From Candidatus Micrarchaeota archaeon CG1_02_51_15 (GTDB taxonomy: Archaea > Micrarchaeota > Micrarchaeia > Norongarragalinales > UBA8480), in NCBI GenBank assembly GCA_001871495.1, contig MNVG01000044.1:74-64073 (forward strand): DNA of 64,000 nucleotides, read 5' to 3'. The notes beneath the pieces were generated by a model. That model was given only the letters and a program-made list of their open reading frames with translations. It was not told where the DNA came from and did not search any database. Within the stretch, counting starts at the first letter, position 1. Every line of letters begins with the position of its first letter. The position numbers and the translations under genes are program-made. Below, in pieces: positions 28,802-37,880 of this stretch.

Positions 28802-30310
28802 CTAAACGAACGCCTTGGCGTCGCCGTCTTGTTTTGCGGTAAGGGAGTCTTCGTATTCTTTCGCCATTTGCTCCAATGGAGTGCCGCGGCCTGCTTTGCT
28901 GGTTTTTCTTACGCGCACGCACGTGAACAGCGGAAAGTTCACCGCCTCACCCAAAAGCAGCGCTTCGCCGACTCCCAGGGAAGTGATTTGGTCTTGCGAG
29001 CTTTTGTCTATTGACTCACAGCTTTCGGCAATGTGGTTCAAGTCGTAAGGGTTGGTTACGCGCATTACTATGAAGGAATTGCATTGCGACAACGCGGTTG
29101 TGCTCAAGTGAACCGGCCGTTGGGAAACTAAGCACAAGCACGCGCCGAACTTGCGGCCCTCGCGGGCCAGGGTTTCAATAATTGTTTTTGAAACGGCGCC
29201 GCCTTTTGCGGTTTTTTCTGGCGCGAAGTTATGCGCTTCTTCAACGAGCATTACGTAAGGCGGGATTTTTCCATCGCGCCTTAAGTTGAACAGTTTTCTG
29301 CCGAAGAACGATACGAGTGCCTGTTTCTTGCGCAGTGAAGAAACCGAGCTCAAGTCGAACACGGCAAGTTTTCCCGGTTCGACCAAGCCCTGCATTGCTG
29401 GATAGTCGGTTTTGCCAAACAAGTCGAGTTCCGAAAGTTCGTCCAGCCAGGATAGGAGCGGTTGGCGCACCGAGTCTTTAAGCGAGTCGGTTGATTGTAC
29501 TGCTTCAATGAGTTCGGCCAGTCCGAATGCTTCTCCTTCTTTCTTTAGGGCGTTGACTACTTTGGCAAAATCGCGCGCAGCAGTGCGGGTAACGTCGGGC
29601 ATTAATTCACGCAACAGTGCGGGTGAAAGCGATGAAGCGGCAATGCGCATTTCGCTTCCTTCAATGATTCGCGTTTTGGAAGCGAATTCCTTGTTGCGCA
29701 AATCAGCAAAGCCAATGTAGTCGCCGTGGGCGTCGAACGCAACTGCAGCCAAGCGGCCGCGTTCTTTAGGCCTCAAGATTAGCTCTTCGAGTATTACGGC
29801 GCTGAGGTTGCTTTTGCCGCAGCCCGACATTCCGAGTACTGCCAAGTGCTTTTGCAATAGTCGAGTAGGGCTCACGCGGGCAGGCAGCGAGTGCTGAAGC
29901 ATTTTGCCTATTTCCAAGCCGTTTTCGTCAAAGCCGGTGACTTGCGAGAGCAGCGTGTCGTCGGCTTCTTCCACTTGCGCGCCGGGCGAAGGCGGGACGA
30001 AACAGCGTTCAAGCGACTCGCTGAAAAAGCCGTTTACCACACAGGAAGCAACGGAGTACTCCCACTCGCCTACTGGAAATGCCGAGGATATTCCTGAAGA
30101 ACCTTTGCCGTATTCGGAAACGCTTTCGGGCCGCTCGAAATAACGGTTGGAACGCAGGATTTCCTGCACGGAACCGACTATGCGGCCACTTCCTGCTTTC
30201 ACTTGCACGAAAGCGCCTTTTCGCACACGCGCGTTGGGCGCTACTACGAATGCGAACGCACCCGTCGACGGACCTTCCTCGCTTGAAACTATTGTTCCTA
30301 AGACATTCAT
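28802..30310 (-). CDS. herA: HerA-type hexameric DNA helicase/translocase (FtsK-HerA superfamily)
   Basis: Walker A LGMSGCGKSN, AFDAHGDY, and Walker B/E region MLVEEAHNF. The 500-aa size suggests an N-terminal HAS-barrel region. Confidence 0.8.
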   Translation of the reverse strand: MNVLGTIVSSEEGPSTGAFAFVVAPNARVRKGAFVQVKAGSGRIVGSVQEILRSNRYFERPESVSEYGKGSSGISSAFPVGEWEYSVASCVVNGFFSESLERCFVPPSPGAQVEEADDTLLSQVTGFDENGLEIGKMLQHSLPARVSPTRLLQKHLAVLGMSGCGKSNLSAVILEELILRPKERGRLAAVAFDAHGDYIGFADLRNKEFASKTRIIEGSEMRIAASSLSPALLRELMPDVTRTAARDFAKVVNALKKEGEAFGLAELIEAVQSTDSLKDSVRQPLLSWLDELSELDLFGKTDYPAMQGLVEPGKLAVFDLSSVSSLRKKQALVSFFGRKLFNLRRDGKIPPYVMLVEEAHNFAPEKTAKGGAVSKTIIETLAREGRKFGACLCLVSQRPVHLSTTALSQCNSFIVMRVTNPYDLNHIAESCESIDKSSQDQITSLGVGEALLLGEAVNFPLFTCVRVRKTSKAGRGTPLEQMAKEYEDSLTAKQDGDAKAFV

Positions 30311-30328
30311 TTTTCAAATCACCGCAAT

Positions 30329-31414
30329 TTATCGAAAAGGCCTTGAATCCCGGCGGAGTGCAAGGAACGCAGACGCGCCTATTGTCTTGGCTGCAAGTTG
30401 CCTGACGGCGCCTTCTACTTCCCGCGGGTCCACTGCCGCACGCAAATCCGCTTCAATCAAGGCAGCCGGGTGTGCGTAAGCGCGGTTCAACGCCGAAAGC
30501 GCAAAAACTTTTTGTGCAACGTCATCTGCAAAAGCCTCTTCGCCGCCTGCAGGCGCAAGGCAAAGGTAGTCCACTCGCAGGGGCCTATCCCATTGCGCGG
30601 GCTTGATGTACAGGCAGTGCAATGCCCGCGCGCGTTCGCCGAAGTCCCTTAGAACCGAGTGTTCTTCGGATTCGGAGTATTGGAAAGAGAAACTGCGTTC
30701 GCCTTCTTCCAACAGGTACTGCAATAGGACGGAGTCGGTTGTTTTTTCCAGTGCTTGTGCAGTTGCGCCTGAAACTCCGTTGCGCAGAAGTTCAACGGCT
30801 TTTTTTCCCCGCGAGTCTTTTATCACGCCGGCCAGAGTGCACTGGTTTTTTGCACATGCCGAGTATAGTTGCAGGTAGTCAGTTACGAGCGCTTCGTATT
30901 CGGCGTAGAGCGAACTGGACTTTGCGGGCTTGTCTACGGTTTGGGGCAGGATGCTGCCGTCAAGCAACAGGAGCGAGGGACTGAATTTATTCAAAGCTGC
31001 GTTGGCGCAGTTGATTTCGGAACGCAAGCGCGTTAGGGATTTATGCCACGAGTATTCCGCGCCGTCTAGCGAAGGAAAGGCAGCTATTTCATGAGCTGGG
31101 AAACGCGAGGGAAAATACTCTGCGGAATTTATTTTATCGCAGTCGTATTGGAAGCAGGCGGCGCACGAACGCCACACCAGCACGTCCACGCCGTGGAAGT
31201 CTACAGAGGCAATGCCGCCGTCAACTGCAACTACCTTGCCTGAAAACGGAGTGCGGTGCACTTTCTTGTACAACAGGCCAAACGAATGGAAAGGCGCGCA
31301 TGCCAGTGCGCGAATGGAAGCGGCTGCAAAGCGTTGGCTGGCGTCAAGCTTGTTGACGAACTCGGCTGCTTCGTTTATTGAGTGCATTTCCAGCTTCTCC
31401 CTACCGACGTACAT
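30329..31414 (-). CDS. nurA: NurA 5'-3' nuclease
   Basis: VVAVDGGIASV and LLLLDGSILP motifs, 361 aa, immediately upstream of herA on the same strand. Confidence 0.65.
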   Translation of the reverse strand: MYVGREKLEMHSINEAAEFVNKLDASQRFAAASIRALACAPFHSFGLLYKKVHRTPFSGKVVAVDGGIASVDFHGVDVLVWRSCAACFQYDCDKINSAEYFPSRFPAHEIAAFPSLDGAEYSWHKSLTRLRSEINCANAALNKFSPSLLLLDGSILPQTVDKPAKSSSLYAEYEALVTDYLQLYSACAKNQCTLAGVIKDSRGKKAVELLRNGVSGATAQALEKTTDSVLLQYLLEEGERSFSFQYSESEEHSVLRDFGERARALHCLYIKPAQWDRPLRVDYLCLAPAGGEEAFADDVAQKVFALSALNRAYAHPAALIEADLRAAVDPREVEGAVRQLAAKTIGASAFLALRRDSRPFR

Positions 31415-31471
31415 ATGGAAGAAACTGAATTAAATAAGGACAGCTTAACTTCTAGGAGGAAGTGAAGGAGA

Positions 31472-31828
31472 ATGACGGAATTCAAGCAGGCGATAATCCT
31501 GCGCAACGACTTGGGAATGGGCAAGGGAAAGCTTGTTGCACAAGGCAGCCACGCTTCGCTTTTGGCTTACGACGTGGCGCGTTTGGAACACCGCGAGTGG
31601 GCGTCGGAATGGGGCGAAAGCGGTTGCAAGAAAGTCACTCTGAAAGTCGGTTCTGAAAAAGAGTTGGGCCAGTTGTTTGTTGCGGCCAAGAAGCTGAAGC
31701 TGCCTGCGGCGCTGGTTACCGACGCGGGGCATACTCAAGTCGAGCCCGGAACCAAGACGGCAGTCGCAATAGGACCGGCTCCCGAAAAGGAAGTAGACAC
31801 GCTGACGAGAGAGCTGAAGCTGCTCTGA
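31472..31828 (+). CDS. pth2: Peptidyl-tRNA hydrolase, archaeal/eukaryotic PTH2 type
   Basis: 118 aa with KQAIILRNDLGMGKGKLVAQGSHAS and TDAGHTQVEPGTKT, characteristic of PTH2. GGAGG sits upstream. Confidence 0.85.
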   Translation: MTEFKQAIILRNDLGMGKGKLVAQGSHASLLAYDVARLEHREWASEWGESGCKKVTLKVGSEKELGQLFVAAKKLKLPAALVTDAGHTQVEPGTKTAVAIGPAPEKEVDTLTRELKLL

Positions 31829-31887
31829 GGGCAAAACGCATTTTTTCCGTATGCCGCAAAGCTTTTTCAATGCGTTTTGAGTTGTAA

Positions 31888-33501
31888 TTGTTTATGCCTT
31901 ACCTTGACGAACTTGTTAATAAGACGAAGGCCGAGCAGCGCGGGGTGGAAGGCATTCTTGAAGGCAGCAAAGCCACTGCGCAGTTGCACGAGGGCCCTAT
32001 AAAACCGGTCGTGGAACAAGGCCCGCAGCAGCATGGCGCTCCTTCAAGCGAGTCTGAAAAGGTTTTGATTGAGAAGTACGGCAACGTGCGGATTTACCGC
32101 GTGAAAGGCGAAGCGCTTTACAAGTACGAAGTTCCGACCCCGCATTATCGAGGCGAGGAAAAGGCGTTGATAGGAGCGTTGATTGAAATCGCTTCGAAAG
32201 TGATTTCTCCCGAGCGGGAAGTAGGCAAGAGCAACGAACAGCGGAGGTTTGCGTACTACCAGAAGATTTTGGACATTATAGACTCTTCGCCGGAGCTACG
32301 GGTTCCGCCTGCAATGAAAGAGTTTTACGCGGATACCGTAACCAAGGAAATGGCGGGTTGGGGCCTTATTGACTCGCTGTTGACCGACGACAACTTGGAA
32401 GACATTTTGCTTATCGGCCCTAATTGTCCGGCTTACGTTTTTCACCGCAAGTACGACATGATGAAGACGAACATCATGTTTTACGACGACAGGGATATTA
32501 AGGACTTGATTGACCGAATTGCACGCAACGTCGGGAGGCACATCGATATTCAGAGCCCGTTGCTTGACGCCAGGCTACCTGATGGTACGCGTGTTAATGC
32601 AACTGTTCCGCCGGCTAGTGTCAACGGTTCTACGCTGTCGATCCGCAAGTTCCGTGCCGACCCGATTACGGCAATAGACCAGATTAATTTCGGGACTTTG
32701 AATTACGAGGCAGCTGCATTCTTGTGGCTTGCAACCGACGGGTTCGGGGCCAAGCCGGCGAACATTGTTATTGCCGGAGGCACGGCGTCAGGCAAGACGA
32801 CGTTGTTGAACACACTTGCTTCCTTTGTGCCTAATAACGAACGCGTGTTAAGCATTGAAGATACTGCAGAGCTTTCTTTGCCGTTGGAGCACTGGGTGCG
32901 CTTCGAGACTCGGCCGCCTGGCTTGGAAGGCGTGGGCGAGATTACTATGGACATGCTGGTCAAGAATTCGCTGCGTATGCGGCCCGACCGTATTCTGGTG
33001 GGCGAAATACGCGGCGAGGAAGGCCACACGTTGTTTTCGGCAATGAATACGGGTCACGACGGGTGTATGGGCACGCTGCATTCTAACAGCGCGAAAGAAA
33101 CGCTAGTGCGCTTGTCCAACCCGCCTATAAGCGTTCCGTTGATGATGCTCGAGTCCCTTACTTTTATCATAATGCAGCAGCGCATTAACGACCGGCGCAA
33201 GGGACTTATCCGAAGGGTTACGGAGATTGCGGAAGTTATTCCGACTGAAGACCAGCTGCCGAAGCTGCAGATGCTTTACCAATGGGATCCGGCTAAAGAC
33301 GTGCTGCACAGCACGGGCTTGAACTCGGTTTACTTACAGACGCTCGGGCGTTACACCGGTTTCAGCAAGGCAACGTTGGAAGAAGAGGTGAAAACGCGGG
33401 CGAAGATACTCCAGGAACTCAACAATCGAAACATACGCAGCCTGAAAGAAGTTTGTTCGGTGACTCAGAACTACATTCTCAAGACTAGGGGCAAGATTTA
33501 A
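31888..33501 (+). CDS. Type IV filament assembly ATPase (TadA/CpaF or archaeal pilus ATPase-like)
   Basis: Walker A IAGGTASGKTTLLN, Asp box, and His box (GTLHS). It is the first gene of the pilus locus. Confidence 0.8.
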   Translation: MFMPYLDELVNKTKAEQRGVEGILEGSKATAQLHEGPIKPVVEQGPQQHGAPSSESEKVLIEKYGNVRIYRVKGEALYKYEVPTPHYRGEEKALIGALIEIASKVISPEREVGKSNEQRRFAYYQKILDIIDSSPELRVPPAMKEFYADTVTKEMAGWGLIDSLLTDDNLEDILLIGPNCPAYVFHRKYDMMKTNIMFYDDRDIKDLIDRIARNVGRHIDIQSPLLDARLPDGTRVNATVPPASVNGSTLSIRKFRADPITAIDQINFGTLNYEAAAFLWLATDGFGAKPANIVIAGGTASGKTTLLNTLASFVPNNERVLSIEDTAELSLPLEHWVRFETRPPGLEGVGEITMDMLVKNSLRMRPDRILVGEIRGEEGHTLFSAMNTGHDGCMGTLHSNSAKETLVRLSNPPISVPLMMLESLTFIIMQQRINDRRKGLIRRVTEIAEVIPTEDQLPKLQMLYQWDPAKDVLHSTGLNSVYLQTLGRYTGFSKATLEEEVKTRAKILQELNNRNIRSLKEVCSVTQNYILKTRGKI

Positions 33502-33519
33502 GGAAAGGGTTGCAAGCCA

Positions 33520-34665
33520 ATGGGGGAAAAAAGTTTGGAACGGCTGAAGACCGAGATAGAGCAAACCGACGACCCGACTTCCGAAAACGGGCAGGAAGAC
33601 CGCGCGAACAGGCGGGAAGAGCTGGACCGGATTATTTCAAAGTTCAAACGCAAGCAACAGCTTGGAAGCAGAGATACGGAAAAGAAACTAGTTGAGATAC
33701 GCGAGCACGTTGAAGAACTTCCCGCGGAACTTACGCGTAGTGCAGTTACCAAAATCAACGTAAAAGCAGACATTGAAAACAGCGCGGTTGGAAAGTTTTA
33801 CAACGCTTTCGAAGGTCCGTTGTCAAAACTCAGCCGACTGTTCTACTTGTTGCCTATGACGCGCAACCTCAAAAGTTCGCTTGACGGGGCAAATATGCCG
33901 TTTAGCCCTGAAGCATACCTTGCCCTTACAATAGTAATTTCCATAGTTGCAGCATTGGGCAGCGGAAGCATAGCCAGCATACTCCTTGCCGATTTTAACA
34001 CTGTTTCTGCAGCGAACATTTTCGCCTCGTTTTCTTTGGGCTTGGCAGTAGCAGTAATCGCGTTTGTAATAACGAGCATAGGATGCTTGTATTACCCTAA
34101 TTCGGTTGCAAGCGCCCGTGCAAGCAAGATAGACCGCGAGCTTCCTTTTGCCTTGAGGCACTTGTCAACGCAGATCAAAGCAGGCGTAAGCTTGAACCGC
34201 GCGCTCACCTCACTGGGAACCACCGATTACGGGGTTTTGACACAGGAAGTAAAGCGTACGCTTGCCGAACTCGAAGGCGGTGAAAGCACGGAATCCGCTT
34301 TGCTTAAGCTTGCTTCCCGAAACCGTTCGCGTGGCTTGCGGCGTGCGGTAATCCAGATAACCCGCGCACTGCGCACTGGAGGAAACCTGGCTGAAATAAT
34401 TTCAAGCATTGCAGAAGACATTGCGTTCGAAAGCCGCATGAAAATACGCGACTTTACCGAACTGCTCAACATAATCAGCATTTTCTATATCATGACCGCA
34501 GTAGTCGCGCCGGTAATGCTCACCATCCTCTCTTCGGTCGCCCAACTCCCGTTATTCGGAGGCGGAGTTGCATTCATAATGGTTTTCGGAGCATTCGCAG
34601 GCGTAATTGCGATGGTAGTCGGAATAATCGTGATAATAAAGACAATGGAGCCCACTTCAATGTGA
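33520..34665 (+). CDS. TadC/FlaJ-like polytopic membrane protein (T2SS-F domain)
   Basis: N-terminal charged coiled region followed by multiple TM helices. The domain architecture and position after the ATPase match TadB/C-like platform proteins. Confidence 0.65.
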   Translation: MGEKSLERLKTEIEQTDDPTSENGQEDRANRREELDRIISKFKRKQQLGSRDTEKKLVEIREHVEELPAELTRSAVTKINVKADIENSAVGKFYNAFEGPLSKLSRLFYLLPMTRNLKSSLDGANMPFSPEAYLALTIVISIVAALGSGSIASILLADFNTVSAANIFASFSLGLAVAVIAFVITSIGCLYYPNSVASARASKIDRELPFALRHLSTQIKAGVSLNRALTSLGTTDYGVLTQEVKRTLAELEGGESTESALLKLASRNRSRGLRRAVIQITRALRTGGNLAEIISSIAEDIAFESRMKIRDFTELLNIISIFYIMTAVVAPVMLTILSSVAQLPLFGGGVAFIMVFGAFAGVIAMVVGIIVIIKTMEPTSM

Positions 34666-34675
34666 TGACCCTCAA

Positions 34676-35725
34676 ATGACGCTAAAACAGAAGATTGTAA
34701 GACGATACGAGGCAATGCGCAAGTACTACTTGGCAACCGGCTTGAAAATCAGTTTCCCACTATTCGTGCTCCTAATGTTCGTGCTGGCAATAACGGCTTC
34801 ATTTACGGCATTTGCCTTAATCCAGTTCCTGCCGCCCAAGCTACAGCAAAGCACTGGCCTGTTGATAGGCGCAATATTCTTTGCAGTAATAAGCATGACC
34901 TTCGGAATCCCCATGACGTTGCGCAACAACCGCATAGACGTAATAGACTCCAGCCTTCCCGACGCCCTCAAACACATGGCATTAGTACTCAAAGCAGGCG
35001 GGACAACCGAAAGCGCCCTCGAAGAAGTAGCCAACTCGGAATACGGCCCTATAAGCGAAGAGCTCAAAACTTCCCTCAAGCAACTGCGCGAAGGAAAGCC
35101 GTTTGACGACGTGCTGCGCGACACTGCGGAAGTAACCGGCTCGCGGCTGTTCATGCGCACGGCCGGAATAATAATCGACGCGCGCCGCGCAGGAGCAGGA
35201 CTTGCGGAAGTAATGAACGCAATCGCCGAAGACGCCCGCGACGTGCTTAGAATCGGCCGCGAACGCAAGGCCAGAACAGTAATGCACGTGGCCTTCCTAG
35301 TAATATCCGGGTTGCTGCTGTCACCGTTCATCTTCGGCTTCACAATGTCAATAGTAGAGTACATGAGCGTAGGAATCGCCACCAGCGGCGGCTTCGGACA
35401 AACTTCGCTCAGCAATAACCTTACCCTAAGCCAGTGTAACGTGCCTTGCTTGGCAGCCGAAGACTCGGCAATGGCAACCTTTCTTTCCTTCGGGTTCGTC
35501 TCGCCTTCAGACCAAAAACCGCTTTACGAATGGCGGCTTGCCGCAATGGACCAGCTACTGCTGACATTCCTGGCAATACAATCGGTAATAACCCTGCTCG
35601 CACTCGGACTCATACGTGACGGAAGGATAATAAAATACGTCGTCTACTTCCCATTCGCATTCGTTGCAATAATGGTAATTTACATAATCGGAAAACTGTT
35701 CAGCACGTTCATAATAAACTCGTGA
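34676..35725 (+). CDS. Second TadB/TadC-like polytopic membrane protein (T2SS-F domain)
   Basis: 349 aa with TM helices separated by a cytoplasmic helical domain. It is paralogous in layout to the preceding gene. Confidence 0.65.
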   Translation: MTLKQKIVRRYEAMRKYYLATGLKISFPLFVLLMFVLAITASFTAFALIQFLPPKLQQSTGLLIGAIFFAVISMTFGIPMTLRNNRIDVIDSSLPDALKHMALVLKAGGTTESALEEVANSEYGPISEELKTSLKQLREGKPFDDVLRDTAEVTGSRLFMRTAGIIIDARRAGAGLAEVMNAIAEDARDVLRIGRERKARTVMHVAFLVISGLLLSPFIFGFTMSIVEYMSVGIATSGGFGQTSLSNNLTLSQCNVPCLAAEDSAMATFLSFGFVSPSDQKPLYEWRLAAMDQLLLTFLAIQSVITLLALGLIRDGRIIKYVVYFPFAFVAIMVIYIIGKLFSTFIINS

Positions 35726-35740
35726 GAGAGGAAACAAGGA

Positions 35741-35848
35741 ATGAAACAAAAGGCACAGACATCAATAGAATACATACTCCTAGTCGCGCTTGCAGTAGTG
35801 GTAGTGGCGGCAATAGCAATGGTGATAAAAGCGCTTTTGAACAGGTGA
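35741..35848 (+). CDS. Flp-like type IV pilin (35 aa) with a class III signal peptide
   Basis: MKQKAQTSIEYILLVALAVVVVAAIAMV: a short basic leader, predicted cleavage KA|QTSIEY with Glu at +5, then a single hydrophobic helix. GGAAACAAGGA sits upstream. Confidence 0.55.
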   Translation: MKQKAQTSIEYILLVALAVVVVAAIAMVIKALLNR

Positions 35849-35853
35849 ACTTA

Positions 35854-36066
35854 ATGGACGAAAAAGCACAGACATCAATAGAATACATACTCTTAATCGC
35901 AGGCGCGTTGATCATAACCGTAATCATAATAGCAATAACCAAGGGCTTTCTCGTTTCTCCCAGTTACAGCAGCATAGACCAAAGCTCTGACATGTACTAC
36001 AACTTCACCAACTGCAGCGCACTAAACAGCTCCGAAGCAGCGATAAACCAGTGCTTAATAGGCTAA
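35854..36066 (+). CDS. Second Flp-like pilin (70 aa) with an identical leader and a short C-terminal Cys-containing tail
   Basis: MDEKAQTSIEYILLIAGALIITVIIIAI..., where 19 nt encoding AQTSIEYIL are nearly identical to the first pilin. The C-terminal part contains two Cys. Confidence 0.55.
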   Translation: MDEKAQTSIEYILLIAGALIITVIIIAITKGFLVSPSYSSIDQSSDMYYNFTNCSALNSSEAAINQCLIG

Positions 36067-36166
36067 ACGTTCCTCCGCTTTTGCAAAACTCTTCAAAACA
36101 AGCCCTTCCCAAAAATTAATAAGAAACACGAAACTAATACTTTATCCGCTACGAGGCAGTAGAACA

Positions 36167-36775
36167 ATGCAAAACAAGGTACTTTTGTGGGCGCTCTTAT
36201 TCCTAGTCCTTGCGCTAATAGTCCTCCCTTACGCAGGCCTGCTGCAGGCAAACGCCTCGAAAACACCTTCCGGAATAAGCTTGGACTTAGCCAACAAATT
36301 CGTAGAAGACGACGCGCGAACCAACTACGACCGCGACTCGCTTACGCATATAACCAGCTTGGTTGAAAGCGGCGAACAATGGAAAGCAACTGCCGAAATA
36401 GAGTTAAACCCGCACACCGCCTGCCCCAAGCTCCTACGGCGCTACTACACTCTGATGCCCATGTCGTTCATTGAAGAAAAAATAGTTTCAACCTGCGAAG
36501 CCCGCAAGCCAATAGGCCACCGCGTAGAAGCAATAATCGCCTACGCCCAGACACAGGAATCCAAGGAAGGCTACTACTGCGCGTTCCAAACCCCTCTTTC
36601 TTACAACGCCGTACGCGAATACTGCCCCGAAATAAGCGCGGCCGAAACAATCACGTTTAGCCAATCAAACCCATCTGCAAAATGGATAGTCGCGCTAAAA
36701 CAAGGCGCCACTACCAGGTTCATTGCAATGGACGATTACACGAACGTAAGCATTGCACTGATCCACGCCCCTTAA
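36167..36775 (+). CDS. Secreted hypothetical protein (signal peptide), possibly pilus-associated
   Basis: N-terminal MQNKVLLWALLFLVLALIVLPYAGLLQA, Cys-containing, 202 aa. Confidence 0.4.
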   Translation: MQNKVLLWALLFLVLALIVLPYAGLLQANASKTPSGISLDLANKFVEDDARTNYDRDSLTHITSLVESGEQWKATAEIELNPHTACPKLLRRYYTLMPMSFIEEKIVSTCEARKPIGHRVEAIIAYAQTQESKEGYYCAFQTPLSYNAVREYCPEISAAETITFSQSNPSAKWIVALKQGATTRFIAMDDYTNVSIALIHAP

Positions 36776-37104
36776 AGATGCGGCGACGGGATTTAATTTG
36801 CTTGCCGTCTTTGATTCCTATTAATGAAGCCCACCCCCGTTTACCGCCTGCTTCCAAAAGAGAGAACCGCGCCGGAACGGAAGTTGGTGGTGATGATTCC
36901 CACTTGCCCGTCCCTACCTGAAAATAACATTACGCTCGATACTCAAACAAGCCAAGCGATTCAACCACAAACGTCGAAGTAGTAGTTTACGACACTTCAA
37001 GTTCGGAACGCACGGAACACAACCGGACACTGCTCGCCCGCCTTTCCAAAAAATACGGGCTACCAATCCACCACTACCCCAAAGAAAGCAACAAACTCAC
37101 CCAG

Positions 37105-37815
37105 TTGATGCGCGCGATCAACAAGGGCAATTCTTCAGAAATACGGGAGACTCGGTCGGAACTGGTTCCAAAAGACGGCCATTACGGAACAAACCGCAAC
37201 CAACTCTCCTTGCTCGCAGCATACCACGGCGGAACAAACGCGGCCTACCTGCACTTGGACGACGACACCACGTTGAAACGGATAACTAGGAAAGATAGCG
37301 GCAGGGTGAAACTTATAGACCACAAAAGAGACCTTCTAAAAGACATGCTTTCCGCGCTACGGACTGCGGAGATACACGGCTACCCCGGAATAAGTTTGGG
37401 AATAATAGGAGTGCCCGACGCGGGAGTTTCGGCCGATACGGCCAACGCCGAACGGCTGGTAGACGCGTTGAAAAACCCCAAGGTAACAGATTTGGGGCAT
37501 CCTTTTGCGTACGGCCGCATAACCAATATTAGGGCATTAGAGCACCCTTACGAACCATACGGATTAAACTCGGACCAAGCACACTCAATGTTGCTTACGA
37601 CAATGCGAGGTAAGCTAATACCAAGGGACTTAGAACATTACAGAGACTACGCGAGTAATGAATTAAGGGAATTAAGGTTGTATCCCTACTACCAACCTGA
37701 AGAATTTAGGGTCATGCGCACTCCTTTGGTGCACTTGGGTTTGAAAGGAAGACGGCCCACTGCAAAGACGACTGAACTGTCGCTTCATCCCCGCGATCCG
37801 AGACTAACCCACTGA
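37105..37815 (+). CDS. Hypothetical protein. The frame is open for a further 59 codons upstream without a canonical start.
   Basis: The listed ORF starts at TTG/ATG 37105-37108. The in-frame upstream segment from 36928 (..VEVVVYDTSSSERTEHNRTLLARLSKKYGLPIHHYP..) is protein-like. Confidence 0.35.
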   Translation: MMRAINKGNSSEIRETRSELVPKDGHYGTNRNQLSLLAAYHGGTNAAYLHLDDDTTLKRITRKDSGRVKLIDHKRDLLKDMLSALRTAEIHGYPGISLGIIGVPDAGVSADTANAERLVDALKNPKVTDLGHPFAYGRITNIRALEHPYEPYGLNSDQAHSMLLTTMRGKLIPRDLEHYRDYASNELRELRLYPYYQPEEFRVMRTPLVHLGLKGRRPTAKTTELSLHPRDPRLTH

Positions 37816-37880
37816 CGGATTCTGGTGAGAAAGGCAGCATCTGAAGGTAGGTATTCCCAACGCGAGTAAACCCGTAGAAG

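Noticed and set aside
33823-35415. Minus-strand ORFs of 112-229 aa
   Set aside because: They are antisense to the two TadC-like membrane protein genes, and the hydrophobic-codon mirror produces Ala/Arg-rich shadow ORFs.
36886-36921. GUGAUGA (C-box-like) followed about 30 nt later by CUGA (D-box-like)
   Set aside because: The spacing is too short for a complete C/D-box sRNA with C'/D' elements and two guides, so it is likely a chance match.
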